A stretch of DNA of 59,730 nt from a virus (taxonomy: Duplodnaviria; Caudoviricetes). Made by a program: the position numbers and the translations under genes. Positions 1 to 9,155 of this stretch are shown here, one piece after another. The notes under the pieces were generated by a model. That model had not been told where the DNA came from, made no database searches, and saw nothing but the letters and a program-made list of their open reading frames with translations. Position 1 is the first letter of the stretch, and every line of letters starts with the position of its first letter. The stretch covers positions 1 to 59,730 of IMG/VR virus record IMGVR_UViG_3300020395_000008, one strand, 5' to 3'.

Positions 1-237
1 ACCGCACCAGACCAATTCAAGTCATATGATGACCTGAAGAAGCGTTTGGACTATGTTTTAGGTAATAAGCAACCTGTTCGTCGTATAGATGAAGAGGTAG
101 TAGAAGAGGATAGTAATCGTTCTTATGCACCTGATTTTGGTGCTCGTAAAGAACCTGTAGCTGCTGCTCCTGTAGCATCTGCTAGTTCAGATGAGGATGA
201 TGCTCTTTCTTATTTCCAAAAACTCGCAGAGGAATAA
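1..237 (+). CDS. gp32: ssDNA-binding protein gp32, C-terminal part (5' truncated by window)
   Basis: Frame is open from base 1 (TAPDQFKSYDDLKKRLDYVLG...) and ends in the acidic tail DEDDALSYFQKLAEE typical of cyanophage gp32; adjacent to gp53. Confidence 0.9.
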   Translation, partial: TAPDQFKSYDDLKKRLDYVLGNKQPVRRIDEEVVEEDSNRSYAPDFGARKEPVAAAPVASASSDEDDALSYFQKLAEE

Positions 238-906
238 CTAAGAATATATTACAATATTTTCTCCTCGTACCAAGGTTTCACTCACATACTGGGTGGAACC
301 TTCTTTGTATGTCATGGCATCTTCCATATCATTAAGGATAAGATTAACATAATTTGGTTTTAGGACAAATATATTTCTTTTTTCATCTTCAATTTTATTT
401 TCATAAGTATAATTGGTTATTTCAGTTGTTATATTTGAAACTGTTGTAGTAGTTTCGAGTCGAGAGTCATAAAATTCAATAGAATAGTTTTTAGGAACTT
501 CTAAACCTTCAGGAACAATAATAACACCATCAGTATTTCTTATTTCTATTGTTTCATAGTGATGAACCGCATGAATTTGTTCTTCACTCCCATATTTGTC
601 AATGAGAAAATTGTAAAAAGATTGATGATCTAGAGGCCATTCAGTTTGGATATTTGTGACATTATTAGATAGAAGAACAATCCAATCTAAGGTTTCGTCA
701 CCATACATCTCAAATGCAACATTATCAGGTCTATCATCCCCTACAATTTTATATTTGGTAAATTTGGTTAAATCTTTAAAAATATCATTCTTTAATTTTC
801 CTCTTCTAAAGAGGTTTTTTACTTTTCTATAATCGGAGATCTTTTTGGAATTAGATTCTCTACTTACATATTCAAAGTCTGGTATATTTCTGAAATAAGA
901 GGACAT
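238..906 (-). CDS. gp53: baseplate wedge protein gp53
   Basis: YF..IPDFEY start, LysM-like RPDNVAFEMYGD..LDWIVLLSNN..EWP, HHYET motifs; synteny. Confidence 0.88.
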   Translation of the reverse strand: MSSYFRNIPDFEYVSRESNSKKISDYRKVKNLFRRGKLKNDIFKDLTKFTKYKIVGDDRPDNVAFEMYGDETLDWIVLLSNNVTNIQTEWPLDHQSFYNFLIDKYGSEEQIHAVHHYETIEIRNTDGVIIVPEGLEVPKNYSIEFYDSRLETTTTVSNITTEITNYTYENKIEDEKRNIFVLKPNYVNLILNDMEDAMTYKEGSTQYVSETLVRGENIVIYS

Positions 907-907
907 T

Positions 908-2305
908 TTAGTAACCTAAGGTAGTGTCTTGATTTTCATCTAAATCTTTATAGTCAGTATCATATATAGGATCAAGTTCATTGAATTGAAGATTTAATTG
1001 ATATGATGTCATTGTTCTGTCTGGATCATCATATGTCATATAGGTTCCATCAGGGGTATATTGAACATCACATGAAAGAAGAGCACAAGTTTTAATTTTA
1101 TTAATGGATGGATGAGTTATTTCAGTATTCCCCTCAAATGTTTGGTAATTTATATCAAATACATTAGGAGCTTTAAGGAAAACATTAGAATCCGATGTTT
1201 TAACAGACATTCCTTGTTTAAAGAATCTAATAATCTTTTTTACTTGATTTGCTTCTGATGCATCTCTTGGTGATAATTTAAAAGTAAATGTAAAATTTCT
1301 TAATTGAGGAGAATTAAAAAGCATCTCTAAGTTGGGATTAAGAACTGCCCCCGTGGTTCTTGAGAGTAAACTTTGAGCTCCTACTGCTTGTTGTGCAAGA
1401 TAGGTATTCATAGCAGTTGCAATATCAGTACCTGCATTCTTCTGTCTTAGTTCTCTACCTAATGCACCTGCAGCACCTCCAATTCCTCTCACTGCCTCTG
1501 CAATACCTGCATCTTTTGCAGTTTCAAAGAGGTTGATTGCTGCTCCTGCACCTAGTGCTTGGAGGGGATTAAGTTCTGCTCCTTTCCAATCTACACTATT
1601 TTGATCACTAATACCTGATACAATTGGAAGAGTTACTGATCCACCAATTTTAGTAGGTTCTCTTCGTTGAAATACTCTTGATGCTGAGTCAATGGTGGCA
1701 TTAACAACGGTTCCTTCACTAAATTTCATCGTAAATCTAATTCTATCTTGCTTATTTGCTGCTAAGTCTTCAGGGTAATAATAGTTTCCATAGGAAGATC
1801 TATAATTTCTTCCTTTAACGTTTATATTAATATCTTTGAGATCATTTAGAGTTACAGCTGGTGGGGCATCTCCACCATTTTGTTCTCCATCTTTTTTAAT
1901 TGTTACTCCATCGGCTGTTGTACTATTAATAAGAGCTTGACTCCCATTTCCTCCTCTTAGATTATATGTTTCTTGTTCGGATGCAGTTAAACCTCCAGGT
2001 TTAAGGTTAGTTGCTTGACTTTTTGTTTGTTTATTAACTTTATCATAATATTTTCTTTCTGTATCATTCTCATTATTATTGTAAGTTAATTCTCCTCTTT
2101 TATTTCTGGTTCCTATTTTAGTGGCATTATTTATGGTGCAACTACCAAGTTTAGGACATCTGTATACATCAAATGTAAAATCTTTTTTACCGTCTACGGT
2201 TGTTTCAATAACATTAGTGGCATATTTATCACTCTTCCCACCACTAATAAGACCACTACCAGAAGCCCCTTCAAATGTTATGAGTTTTGATTTACTGATA
2301 GTCAT
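908..2305 (-). CDS. gp48: baseplate tail-tube cap gp48
   Basis: NPNLEMLFNSPQLRNFTFTFKLSPRDASEA..VKKIIRFFK and YTPDG motifs. Confidence 0.88.
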   Translation of the reverse strand: MTISKSKLITFEGASGSGLISGGKSDKYATNVIETTVDGKKDFTFDVYRCPKLGSCTINNATKIGTRNKRGELTYNNNENDTERKYYDKVNKQTKSQATNLKPGGLTASEQETYNLRGGNGSQALINSTTADGVTIKKDGEQNGGDAPPAVTLNDLKDININVKGRNYRSSYGNYYYPEDLAANKQDRIRFTMKFSEGTVVNATIDSASRVFQRREPTKIGGSVTLPIVSGISDQNSVDWKGAELNPLQALGAGAAINLFETAKDAGIAEAVRGIGGAAGALGRELRQKNAGTDIATAMNTYLAQQAVGAQSLLSRTTGAVLNPNLEMLFNSPQLRNFTFTFKLSPRDASEANQVKKIIRFFKQGMSVKTSDSNVFLKAPNVFDINYQTFEGNTEITHPSINKIKTCALLSCDVQYTPDGTYMTYDDPDRTMTSYQLNLQFNELDPIYDTDYKDLDENQDTTLGY

Positions 2306-2320
2306 TAAATTATTTTTAGT

Positions 2321-2328
2321 TATTTATA
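2321..2328 (-). promoter_or_regulatory. T4-type late promoter TATAAATA (gp48)
   Basis: TATTTATA on + strand, 15 nt upstream of the gp48 start. Confidence 0.75.
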
Positions 2329-2722
2329 GGGTTCTTAAGAAATATGCATATGATACATTACGTAGGTCATTAATTTCACTGGGTCGAACGACATAGAGGA
2401 CTCCTCCAATCTCTTCCCATGTATAGTTTTTAAATTTACCCCAGTGGTAATTTATTCCTCTAAATCCCCATCTTTCTATATCAGTTACAGCAACGAGGGG
2501 ATGTTGATCATATGTGAGTCTAGGAGTTTTAGCAGTATATAAAAAAGTATAATACTGACCTACATCAGGTACTACTTCTACATCCTTTAAGGTATCCATA
2601 ATAAGAAGCATCATTTCTTCAGGATCACTCATCTCCTTTAATTCATCCATGATAGGTGCTATCCTGTTATCACCTACCTGTTGTTCATATTGTTCAAAGT
2701 AACCTTCTAATTCATCTGCCAT
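2324..2722 (-). CDS. gp2-like DNA end protector protein (short form)
   Basis: GQYYTFLYTAKT...YDQHPLV...GFRGINYHW resembles the gp2 core; next to gp4. Confidence 0.6.
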   Translation of the reverse strand: MADELEGYFEQYEQQVGDNRIAPIMDELKEMSDPEEMMLLIMDTLKDVEVVPDVGQYYTFLYTAKTPRLTYDQHPLVAVTDIERWGFRGINYHWGKFKNYTWEEIGGVLYVVRPSEINDLRNVSYAYFLRTL

Positions 2723-3164
2723 TATATATTCCTAGTTCTTGTTCGGTAATGATTTTAAATTCAATTTTTCTATCATTACAAAATTCTCTTGCTGCTTTCC
2801 ATTTAGCTGTATTAACAGCATAGGTCTTACATTCATAGAGATAGGATTGAGTCACTTTTTTTCTTTTCTTGGGAGGTTGAGTTTGTTTCTTGGGTTTTAC
2901 CTCAATCACATATGTTTTAATGGATCCATTGCTTTCTTTGACTTTAATAAGAAAGTCTGGATAGTAACGATGAAACCGATTATCAACAGGAGAGATATAT
3001 TTAATAAAAAATTCTTCACTGCCCCACTCAAGAATATTTTCATTTAGATCACAATAGTTGCAGAATTTGGTTTCCCAAGTGCTACGACATATAATATTAT
3101 TTGGATTTCCCTTGTATTTTTTGGGAAAAGAGGGTCTGAAGAAACTTTTTTTACTTTCTCCCAT
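2712..3164 (-). CDS. gp4: head completion protein gp4 (TnsA-like PD-(D/E)xK fold)
   Basis: KYKGNPNNIICRSTWE, HRYYPDF, IEVKPKKQT, NTAKWKAA, FKIITE motifs. Confidence 0.92.
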   Translation of the reverse strand: MGESKKSFFRPSFPKKYKGNPNNIICRSTWETKFCNYCDLNENILEWGSEEFFIKYISPVDNRFHRYYPDFLIKVKESNGSIKTYVIEVKPKKQTQPPKKRKKVTQSYLYECKTYAVNTAKWKAAREFCNDRKIEFKIITEQELGIYNGR

Positions 3165-3187
3165 TATACATAATATATAAGCAAAAG

Positions 3188-3195
3188 TATTTATA
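3188..3195 (-). promoter_or_regulatory. T4-type late promoter TATAAATA (gp4)
   Basis: TATTTATA on + strand in the divergent gp4/gp54 intergenic gap. Confidence 0.7.
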
Positions 3196-3201
3196 GATCC
3201 G

Positions 3202-3819
3202 ATGGGGACTCCGAAGCCACATAAAAAAGTATTATCAGATTTAAAGGCATCTATTTTAAGTCCTGCACTTACTTCTCATTTCCAATGCTGGTTTTATCCA
3301 CCTCCTCAAGTAAGAAGTTTATTAGAAGGTGATGAAAGGGATGATAGATTTATTTCATTATCATGTTCTGAAGCATCATTACCTGGAACTTCATTAGCCA
3401 CTAATGAAATGATTAATGATCATACAGGAGTCACAGAAAGACATGCTTATAGAAGACAATATGATGCAACTTCTTCTTTTACTTTTTATGTAGATCATGA
3501 TTATACAATGCTTACTTTTTTTGAAAAATGGATAGGGTTTATTGTGAATGAACCAAATTTAGATTTATCTGAAAGATCTGAATTTGGATTAAATCGGGAT
3601 GATTATTTTTATAGGGTCAATTTCCCTAAAGAATATCAAACTGCTATTTACATTAAAAAGTTTGAAAAGGATTATAATAATGGAAAGATGCTACAATATA
3701 AGTTTTTAAAATCTTATCCTGTCAGTATTGATTCAATGCCAGTTACATATGAGGCATCTCAGGTGCTTAAATGTACTGTTAATTTTAACTTCTCCCGTTA
3801 TTGGGTAGAGACCACCTAA
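3202..3819 (+). CDS. tail-tube-fold baseplate protein (gp54-like tail tube initiator)
   Basis: CSEASLPG, FTFYVD...FFEKW, YPVSIDSMPVTY...KCTVNF typical of the gp19/gp54 fold; synteny. Confidence 0.7.
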   Translation: MGTPKPHKKVLSDLKASILSPALTSHFQCWFYPPPQVRSLLEGDERDDRFISLSCSEASLPGTSLATNEMINDHTGVTERHAYRRQYDATSSFTFYVDHDYTMLTFFEKWIGFIVNEPNLDLSERSEFGLNRDDYFYRVNFPKEYQTAIYIKKFEKDYNNGKMLQYKFLKSYPVSIDSMPVTYEASQVLKCTVNFNFSRYWVETT

Positions 3820-3850
3820 ATAAAACACGCTGAAATTTTTGTAAGATATT

Positions 3851-4570
3851 ATGCCTTTACCAAAGATTGCGACACCGACGTATGAGTTGGAATTACCTTC
3901 GACCAAAAAACCTATTCATTATAGACCATTTTTAGTTAAAGAAGAAAAACTTTTAGTTCTTGCCTTAGAAAGTGAGGATATAAAGGAGATAACAACTGCA
4001 ATTAAAAATGTAATTAAAGCTTGTATTAAAACACGAGGGATTAAAGTAGAGAGTCTTCCTACTTTTGATATTGAATATTTGTTCCTTAACATTCGTGGTA
4101 AGTCTGTTGGAGAAGATATTGAAGTTAATCTTATGTGTCCTGATGATGGTAAAACTCAAGTTCCTGTAACTATTAGTATTGATGATGTTCAAATTCAACG
4201 AACTGAAGGGCATACTAATAAGATTAAATTAGATGATTCTCTAATGATGGAGATGAAGTATCCATCTCTGGGTGAGTTTATTAAAAATAATTTTGATTTT
4301 AGTGAAGAGAATGTGATGACTCAATCTTTTGATTTAATTGCTTCTTGTATTGATAAAATTTATAATGAAGAAGAAGTATGGAGTATGGGTGATTGTACTA
4401 AGAAAGAAATTAATACTTTCTTAGAGTCAATGAATTCATCTCAGTTTAAAGAGATTGAAAAGTTCTTTGAGACAATGCCTAAACTTTCACATACGGTGAA
4501 ACTCACTAATCCGAATACTAAGGTAGAAAGTGAAGTTGTAATGGAGGGTTTATCCAGTTTTTTCGGTTAG
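3851..4570 (+). CDS. gp26: baseplate hub subunit/assembly protein gp26
   Basis: MPLPKIATPTYELELPS..YRPFLVKEEK, FDIEYLFLNIRGKSVGE, FFETMPKL motifs. Confidence 0.93.
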   Translation: MPLPKIATPTYELELPSTKKPIHYRPFLVKEEKLLVLALESEDIKEITTAIKNVIKACIKTRGIKVESLPTFDIEYLFLNIRGKSVGEDIEVNLMCPDDGKTQVPVTISIDDVQIQRTEGHTNKIKLDDSLMMEMKYPSLGEFIKNNFDFSEENVMTQSFDLIASCIDKIYNEEEVWSMGDCTKKEINTFLESMNSSQFKEIEKFFETMPKLSHTVKLTNPNTKVESEVVMEGLSSFFG

Positions 4571-4593
4571 CTCTAGTCCACATGGATCTAGAG
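4543..4593 (+). other. candidate -1 programmed ribosomal frameshift signal (gp26 to gp51)
   Basis: GGAGG at 4543-4547, in-frame heptamer T TTT TTC at 4558-4564, hairpin 4571-4593; the -1 frame is open into gp51. Confidence 0.65.
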
Positions 4594-4749
4594 AGTTATT
4601 ATAAGTTGAATTTTTCCTTGATTCAGTACCATAAATATTCATTAACAGAGATTGAAAACTTGATCCCTTGGGAAAGAGACATTTATGTTGAACTACTTCG
4701 AGCACATCTTGAAGAGGAGAAATTAAAACAGCAGCAAGCATCATCTTAA
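4582..4749 (+). CDS. gp51: baseplate hub assembly catalyst gp51 (55 aa, absent from ORF track)
   Basis: Manual translation MDLESYYKLNFSLIQYHKYSLTEIENLIPWERDIYVELLRAHLEEEKLKQQQASS; PWERDIY motif; follows gp26. Confidence 0.9.
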   Translation: MDLESYYKLNFSLIQYHKYSLTEIENLIPWERDIYVELLRAHLEEEKLKQQQASS

Positions 4750-6275
4750 TGGCAGTAGCAGCTAAACCAGAAATTGCACGAATTCTATTGGATCTTGGGA
4801 TTGATCCAGTGGATGTTTATGCTGTTGATAATGCAGAACAAACTTATATCGCTGCATTAGTAGAAGGTATTAATACTCTTGAAGTTGCTAATAAAGGAGA
4901 GAGCACAAGATCAAAAATACTACGAGAGGAACTTAAAGGAGTAAGAGAGAAGAAAAGGAAAAAGGTAAGTGCTAGTAAATTATTTGCTCAGAAAAAAATA
5001 TTACCTGTTAGTAGGATTCGTTCTCAGGCATTACTTTCTCCAGCATCTGAAGGAGAATCATCTGCTGGAGAAGGAAAAGGTGTGGGTAACATATTAAATG
5101 GTATTTTAAATATTTTAAGATTGGGAAATAAGCAAGATAAAAAAGAATCTGCTGAAGATAGAAAAGAAAGACAAAGGCAAAGAAGAGAAAAAAGAGAAAG
5201 TGCAATAGAGTCATTGAAGGGAGGAACAAAAAAGGCTGCGAGTGCAGGTAAGAAAGCAGTAAGTTCTTTAATTTCTCCTTTTAAAAATATGTTGGATGGA
5301 TTAATTAATTTTCTTAAGGTTACTCTTTTAGGAACGTTGATTAATGGTGCTTTGAACTGGTTTAGTAAAAAAGAAAATCAGAGGAAGATAACAAATTTGG
5401 GAAGATTTTTTAAAGATTGGTGGCCTTCATTACTAGCAGGATTTTTATTATTTTTTACACCTATAGGTACTTTAGTTTCTGCAACTGCAACTTTATTAGC
5501 ATGGGCTCTTCCTGCACTTGCAGCTCTTGCTAAAAATCCTCTTATAGCAGGAGCAGCCTTATTCAGTGCAGGAAAAATTGCTCCTGAATTATTTCCTGAT
5601 CTTGTAAAAGATGAAGCGGATACGGCAATTGATGACTCTGTAAATAAACAAGGTTCAGATAAAACTATCACTGATTTAAAAGAACAACAAGAGAATAGGG
5701 GTCCGTTGCAGAGAATAGGTGATTTTATTACTGGTGCAGGAGCAGAAAGAGAAGAACAAATACAAAAATTAGAAACGGGAGAAGAAAAGAAATTTGGATT
5801 CTTTGGGGAAATAAAACCAAAGAAAATGAATGAAGGTGGAATAGTACCTGCTCCTTATCCTGTAGATAATGTATTGGGTACGGTTGGATTGACTGATGCG
5901 GAGAATACTCCTCCTATTATAACGGGATATAATAAAGGCGGGGTTGTTCCTGGAATGGGCAATAAAGATACAGTTCCTGCCATGTTAACTCCAGGTGAAC
6001 TGGTTATTCCTAAAAATTTGCTGGAAGGTCCAACTAATCCAACTAATGTTGATAGATCTTTTATGACTCCTGTAAAGAGTACTGCTAGAACTCCTGTCGG
6101 TACTCCTGTAAAAGTTAAGTCTATGAGTACTACTACAGTATTACCTCCAATTAAAAAACCTAAACCTTCTCAAAGGATAAGAGAAGGAAGTACTATTCCT
6201 GTCTTTAGAGTTGCTAGTAAATCTAATGCTAGAGAAATTACAATAAGATCATTGGGGATTGAAGAGGCATTATAA
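4749..6275 (+). CDS. putative tape-measure-like/baseplate protein A
   Basis: Basic coiled segment, long hydrophobic stretch, GGVVPG.GNKDTVPAMLTPGELVI motif seen in tape-measure proteins; position after gp26/gp51. Confidence 0.55.
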   Translation: MAVAAKPEIARILLDLGIDPVDVYAVDNAEQTYIAALVEGINTLEVANKGESTRSKILREELKGVREKKRKKVSASKLFAQKKILPVSRIRSQALLSPASEGESSAGEGKGVGNILNGILNILRLGNKQDKKESAEDRKERQRQRREKRESAIESLKGGTKKAASAGKKAVSSLISPFKNMLDGLINFLKVTLLGTLINGALNWFSKKENQRKITNLGRFFKDWWPSLLAGFLLFFTPIGTLVSATATLLAWALPALAALAKNPLIAGAALFSAGKIAPELFPDLVKDEADTAIDDSVNKQGSDKTITDLKEQQENRGPLQRIGDFITGAGAEREEQIQKLETGEEKKFGFFGEIKPKKMNEGGIVPAPYPVDNVLGTVGLTDAENTPPIITGYNKGGVVPGMGNKDTVPAMLTPGELVIPKNLLEGPTNPTNVDRSFMTPVKSTARTPVGTPVKVKSMSTTTVLPPIKKPKPSQRIREGSTIPVFRVASKSNAREITIRSLGIEEAL

Positions 6276-7540
6276 TGACTGTAGTTACTCAAAAACTTTT
6301 ACCTTCGGCTAAGATAGTTGCTAAAAAGAAAACTATTCCTGTTAGTACTCTTAAATCCGTTGAAATAGAGAATTCAACTGAGACTTCTTCTCTTAAAGAG
6401 AAATTGATCTTAATCAAGAATTTTTTAGGAGAAAAATATGAACGTGGATTAACTTCTTGGAGAATGAAACGAAGGCAAAGACAAGAAGAGAAACGTAAGT
6501 TAAGAGAAGAAAAGATAGAAAAAAAGAAAGAAACTAAGGTGACTTTACCTAAAGTTTCTAATCCTTTCTCAAATATTTTTAAATCTATCAGTAATTTTCT
6601 TTTATTTTTAGGAGGAGGGATTCTCCTTAATGCGTTTTTGGATTTGCAGGATTTATTTATTGTTCTTGAAGAGAAAATTTTACCTGCAATAAAGACAGGA
6701 ATTTTAATCTTTGCTGGTGTAATATCAAATACAACTGATTTTATTGATTCTGCCTATGCGGGTTATGATAAGTTTAAAAAACAAATTTTAGATATAACTG
6801 GAGTAAAGGAAGAAGATGTTGAAAAATTTTCGGGTCTTTTGAATAAGGTAATTAATGGAACTATTATTGCCGCAATGATAACTTTGAGAGCCCTTCCAGG
6901 TATTTTAAGCCGAAGGGGATTAAATTCAGGTAGGGGTGGTGGTAGTCCTAGAATAACACGAGGTAGAGGTACTCCTCGACCTTTTTTAGATCGTTTTAGA
7001 AGTAATCGTCGTATATCATCTCCATCTTTAGCAACTACTAAATCATTACCAAGAGGAGGTCGTCCGAAAGTGACAGGTTTTACACCTGGAAAATTTGGAA
7101 GGTCTGCTGTTACTAATTTTTCAAGAAAAACTCTTGTTAGAACTTTAGGTAAACCTGCTACTAAAACCTTATTAAAGTTCACTAAGAAGTTTATTACTCC
7201 TGCTGTTAGCAAGATTCCTTTAATTGGGGGTTTAATTGATTTTGCCTTAAATTATTTTGTATTTGGAGATCCTGCAGGTCAAGCCGCATTTAAAGCAATA
7301 GGTGCAGGATTAGGATTATGGATCGGGGGTTTACTTGGTAGTATTCCTGTTCTTTTGCCTTGGGGTCCGTGGGTTGGATCAATGATAGGTAGTACAGCTG
7401 GTGATGCACTAGGGGGACTCATATATGATAGTCTTTTTGGTGATAAAACCTTAGATCTATCTTCAGATTTAAATGAAAATGCGTCTTATGATTTAATTAG
7501 TGATATTACTACTAATATTATCCAACCAATAGAAGTATGA
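6275..7540 (+). CDS. putative tape-measure-like protein B (paralogue of A)
   Basis: Same charged-coil plus amphipathic pattern; Gly-zipper C-terminal region (IPLIGGLIDF, GAGLGLWIGG). Confidence 0.5.
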   Translation: MTVVTQKLLPSAKIVAKKKTIPVSTLKSVEIENSTETSSLKEKLILIKNFLGEKYERGLTSWRMKRRQRQEEKRKLREEKIEKKKETKVTLPKVSNPFSNIFKSISNFLLFLGGGILLNAFLDLQDLFIVLEEKILPAIKTGILIFAGVISNTTDFIDSAYAGYDKFKKQILDITGVKEEDVEKFSGLLNKVINGTIIAAMITLRALPGILSRRGLNSGRGGGSPRITRGRGTPRPFLDRFRSNRRISSPSLATTKSLPRGGRPKVTGFTPGKFGRSAVTNFSRKTLVRTLGKPATKTLLKFTKKFITPAVSKIPLIGGLIDFALNYFVFGDPAGQAAFKAIGAGLGLWIGGLLGSIPVLLPWGPWVGSMIGSTAGDALGGLIYDSLFGDKTLDLSSDLNENASYDLISDITTNIIQPIEV

Positions 7541-8895
7541 CTGCTAATCCATTACAATTTAATAAGTTTGAGATTAAGTCTAATGTAGATAGTAGGACTG
7601 TGGATCTACGTGGATCAGGAACTCCTATTATTGAATATCGTGAGAGTATTTTTATGCCTTATGTTGAAGTAACAGCATATATTGTTGATACTGGTAATAC
7701 TTTACCTGCAGATGATGGAACTGATGCTGGTATTGGTTTATTAGAGTCTGGTTTTTGCCAAGGAACAGAAACTATATTGTTTAATATTGCCGATCAAAGA
7801 GGAAATAAAATTAACTTGTCTAATGATAATGATTTAAGAGTTTCTTCTATATCAGATACTCATCAATCTTTTAAGAATACTACTTTTGTTCTTACTGCTG
7901 TTTCTAAGGAAGCATTTGATAATACTTTAGTAGATAATAGATGTAATCTTAAGTATAGTGGACCTATATCTGATATTGCTCGATCCATCGTAAGAGCAAA
8001 TTTAAAATCTCCTAAATGGAGATCGATGAATGTTGATGTTACTTCTAATCAATATCATGAATGGGGTCAAAATAGGTATCCATTTGAGATGATTCTAGAT
8101 CTACAACAATTGGCCATTCCTTATGGAATACAGACTTCAAAAGGTAAAGCACCTGATGGTAAAACTGCAGGATATCTTTTCTGGCAAACCTCTAATGGTT
8201 ATCAATTTAAATCCTTAGATAAATTATTTGACACTAAAGATAAGGTAATTAAAAAATATATTGAGAATAGTAAATCAGGATCTGATCTGTTGCCTGTAGT
8301 AAAAGATCATGAAGTTTATAATGGTAAAATTCTTTGGTCTACCATGTCTAGAAATATTGATGCTCTTAATCAATTTGAATGTGGTGCATGGGGATCTCAG
8401 GTACAGGTGTTTAATGATGTAACCAAGGAATATGAAAAAGTAGATTTATCTTCAGATGGTAAAGGAAATGGTATTAGTGCAGGAAAACATTTACCTCAAC
8501 TAAATTCTGAGTATAAGGATGCAATTACCACCATTGAAAGAATAGATCAAGCAGTTGGCCAGACAGTAGTGGGATTTGATAGTGTAGAACAACAAGTTAG
8601 ACAGACTGGTCAACTTAACTTTGATGTAAAACATACCACTCAACAATCTCATCAAAATTATAGACAAAAGATGAATACTTCAATGGAGATTGTCATTGAG
8701 GCTGATTTAAGTTTACATGCAGGTGATTTGATATTTTGTGACTTTCCTGAACTTTCTACTAAAAAGACACTCAGAGAAAGTAGGGATCGATCAAGTGGCA
8801 TATATATGATAGCAGATCTCTGTCATTATGGTGATAAAGGAAATGCCTTTACTGGTCTGCATTTGGTAAGAGATTCTTATGGAGTTAAAACATGA
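7537..8895 (+). CDS. gp27-like baseplate hub protein
   Basis: GYLFWQT..GYQFKSLD and LHAGDLI...SGIYMIADLCH motifs; upstream of gp5-like gene. Confidence 0.65.
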   Translation: MTANPLQFNKFEIKSNVDSRTVDLRGSGTPIIEYRESIFMPYVEVTAYIVDTGNTLPADDGTDAGIGLLESGFCQGTETILFNIADQRGNKINLSNDNDLRVSSISDTHQSFKNTTFVLTAVSKEAFDNTLVDNRCNLKYSGPISDIARSIVRANLKSPKWRSMNVDVTSNQYHEWGQNRYPFEMILDLQQLAIPYGIQTSKGKAPDGKTAGYLFWQTSNGYQFKSLDKLFDTKDKVIKKYIENSKSGSDLLPVVKDHEVYNGKILWSTMSRNIDALNQFECGAWGSQVQVFNDVTKEYEKVDLSSDGKGNGISAGKHLPQLNSEYKDAITTIERIDQAVGQTVVGFDSVEQQVRQTGQLNFDVKHTTQQSHQNYRQKMNTSMEIVIEADLSLHAGDLIFCDFPELSTKKTLRESRDRSSGIYMIADLCHYGDKGNAFTGLHLVRDSYGVKT

Positions 8896-9155
8896 CTATT
8901 AAACACGACTTAGAACACGAAGTTTACATTGATCCTAAAGATGGTAAGGAGCATACTAATCATGGTATGCATGAATATACTAAAGAAGACTTAGAGAATG
9001 TTCATGCTGATTATGATGTTTATCATAAAGATGACGTAGTGGATACGAATGAAGGTAAGATTAATGATTATCATACACGTCATGAAGATCATCATTTGGA
9101 AATTTATTGCGATAATCATCCAGATGCAGATGAATGTAAGGTATACGACGATTAA
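8892..9155 (+). CDS. cp12: CP12 Calvin-cycle inhibitor (auxiliary metabolic gene), His-rich variant
   Basis: C-terminal LEIYCDNHPDADECKVYDD is the CP12 C-x8-C motif. Confidence 0.85.
   Translation: MTIKHDLEHEVYIDPKDGKEHTNHGMHEYTKEDLENVHADYDVYHKDDVVDTNEGKINDYHTRHEDHHLEIYCDNHPDADECKVYDD

Noticed and set aside
2712-3164. TnsA transposase or homing endonuclease
   Set aside because: Motifs and synteny match the T4 gp4 head completion protein; no mobile-element context.
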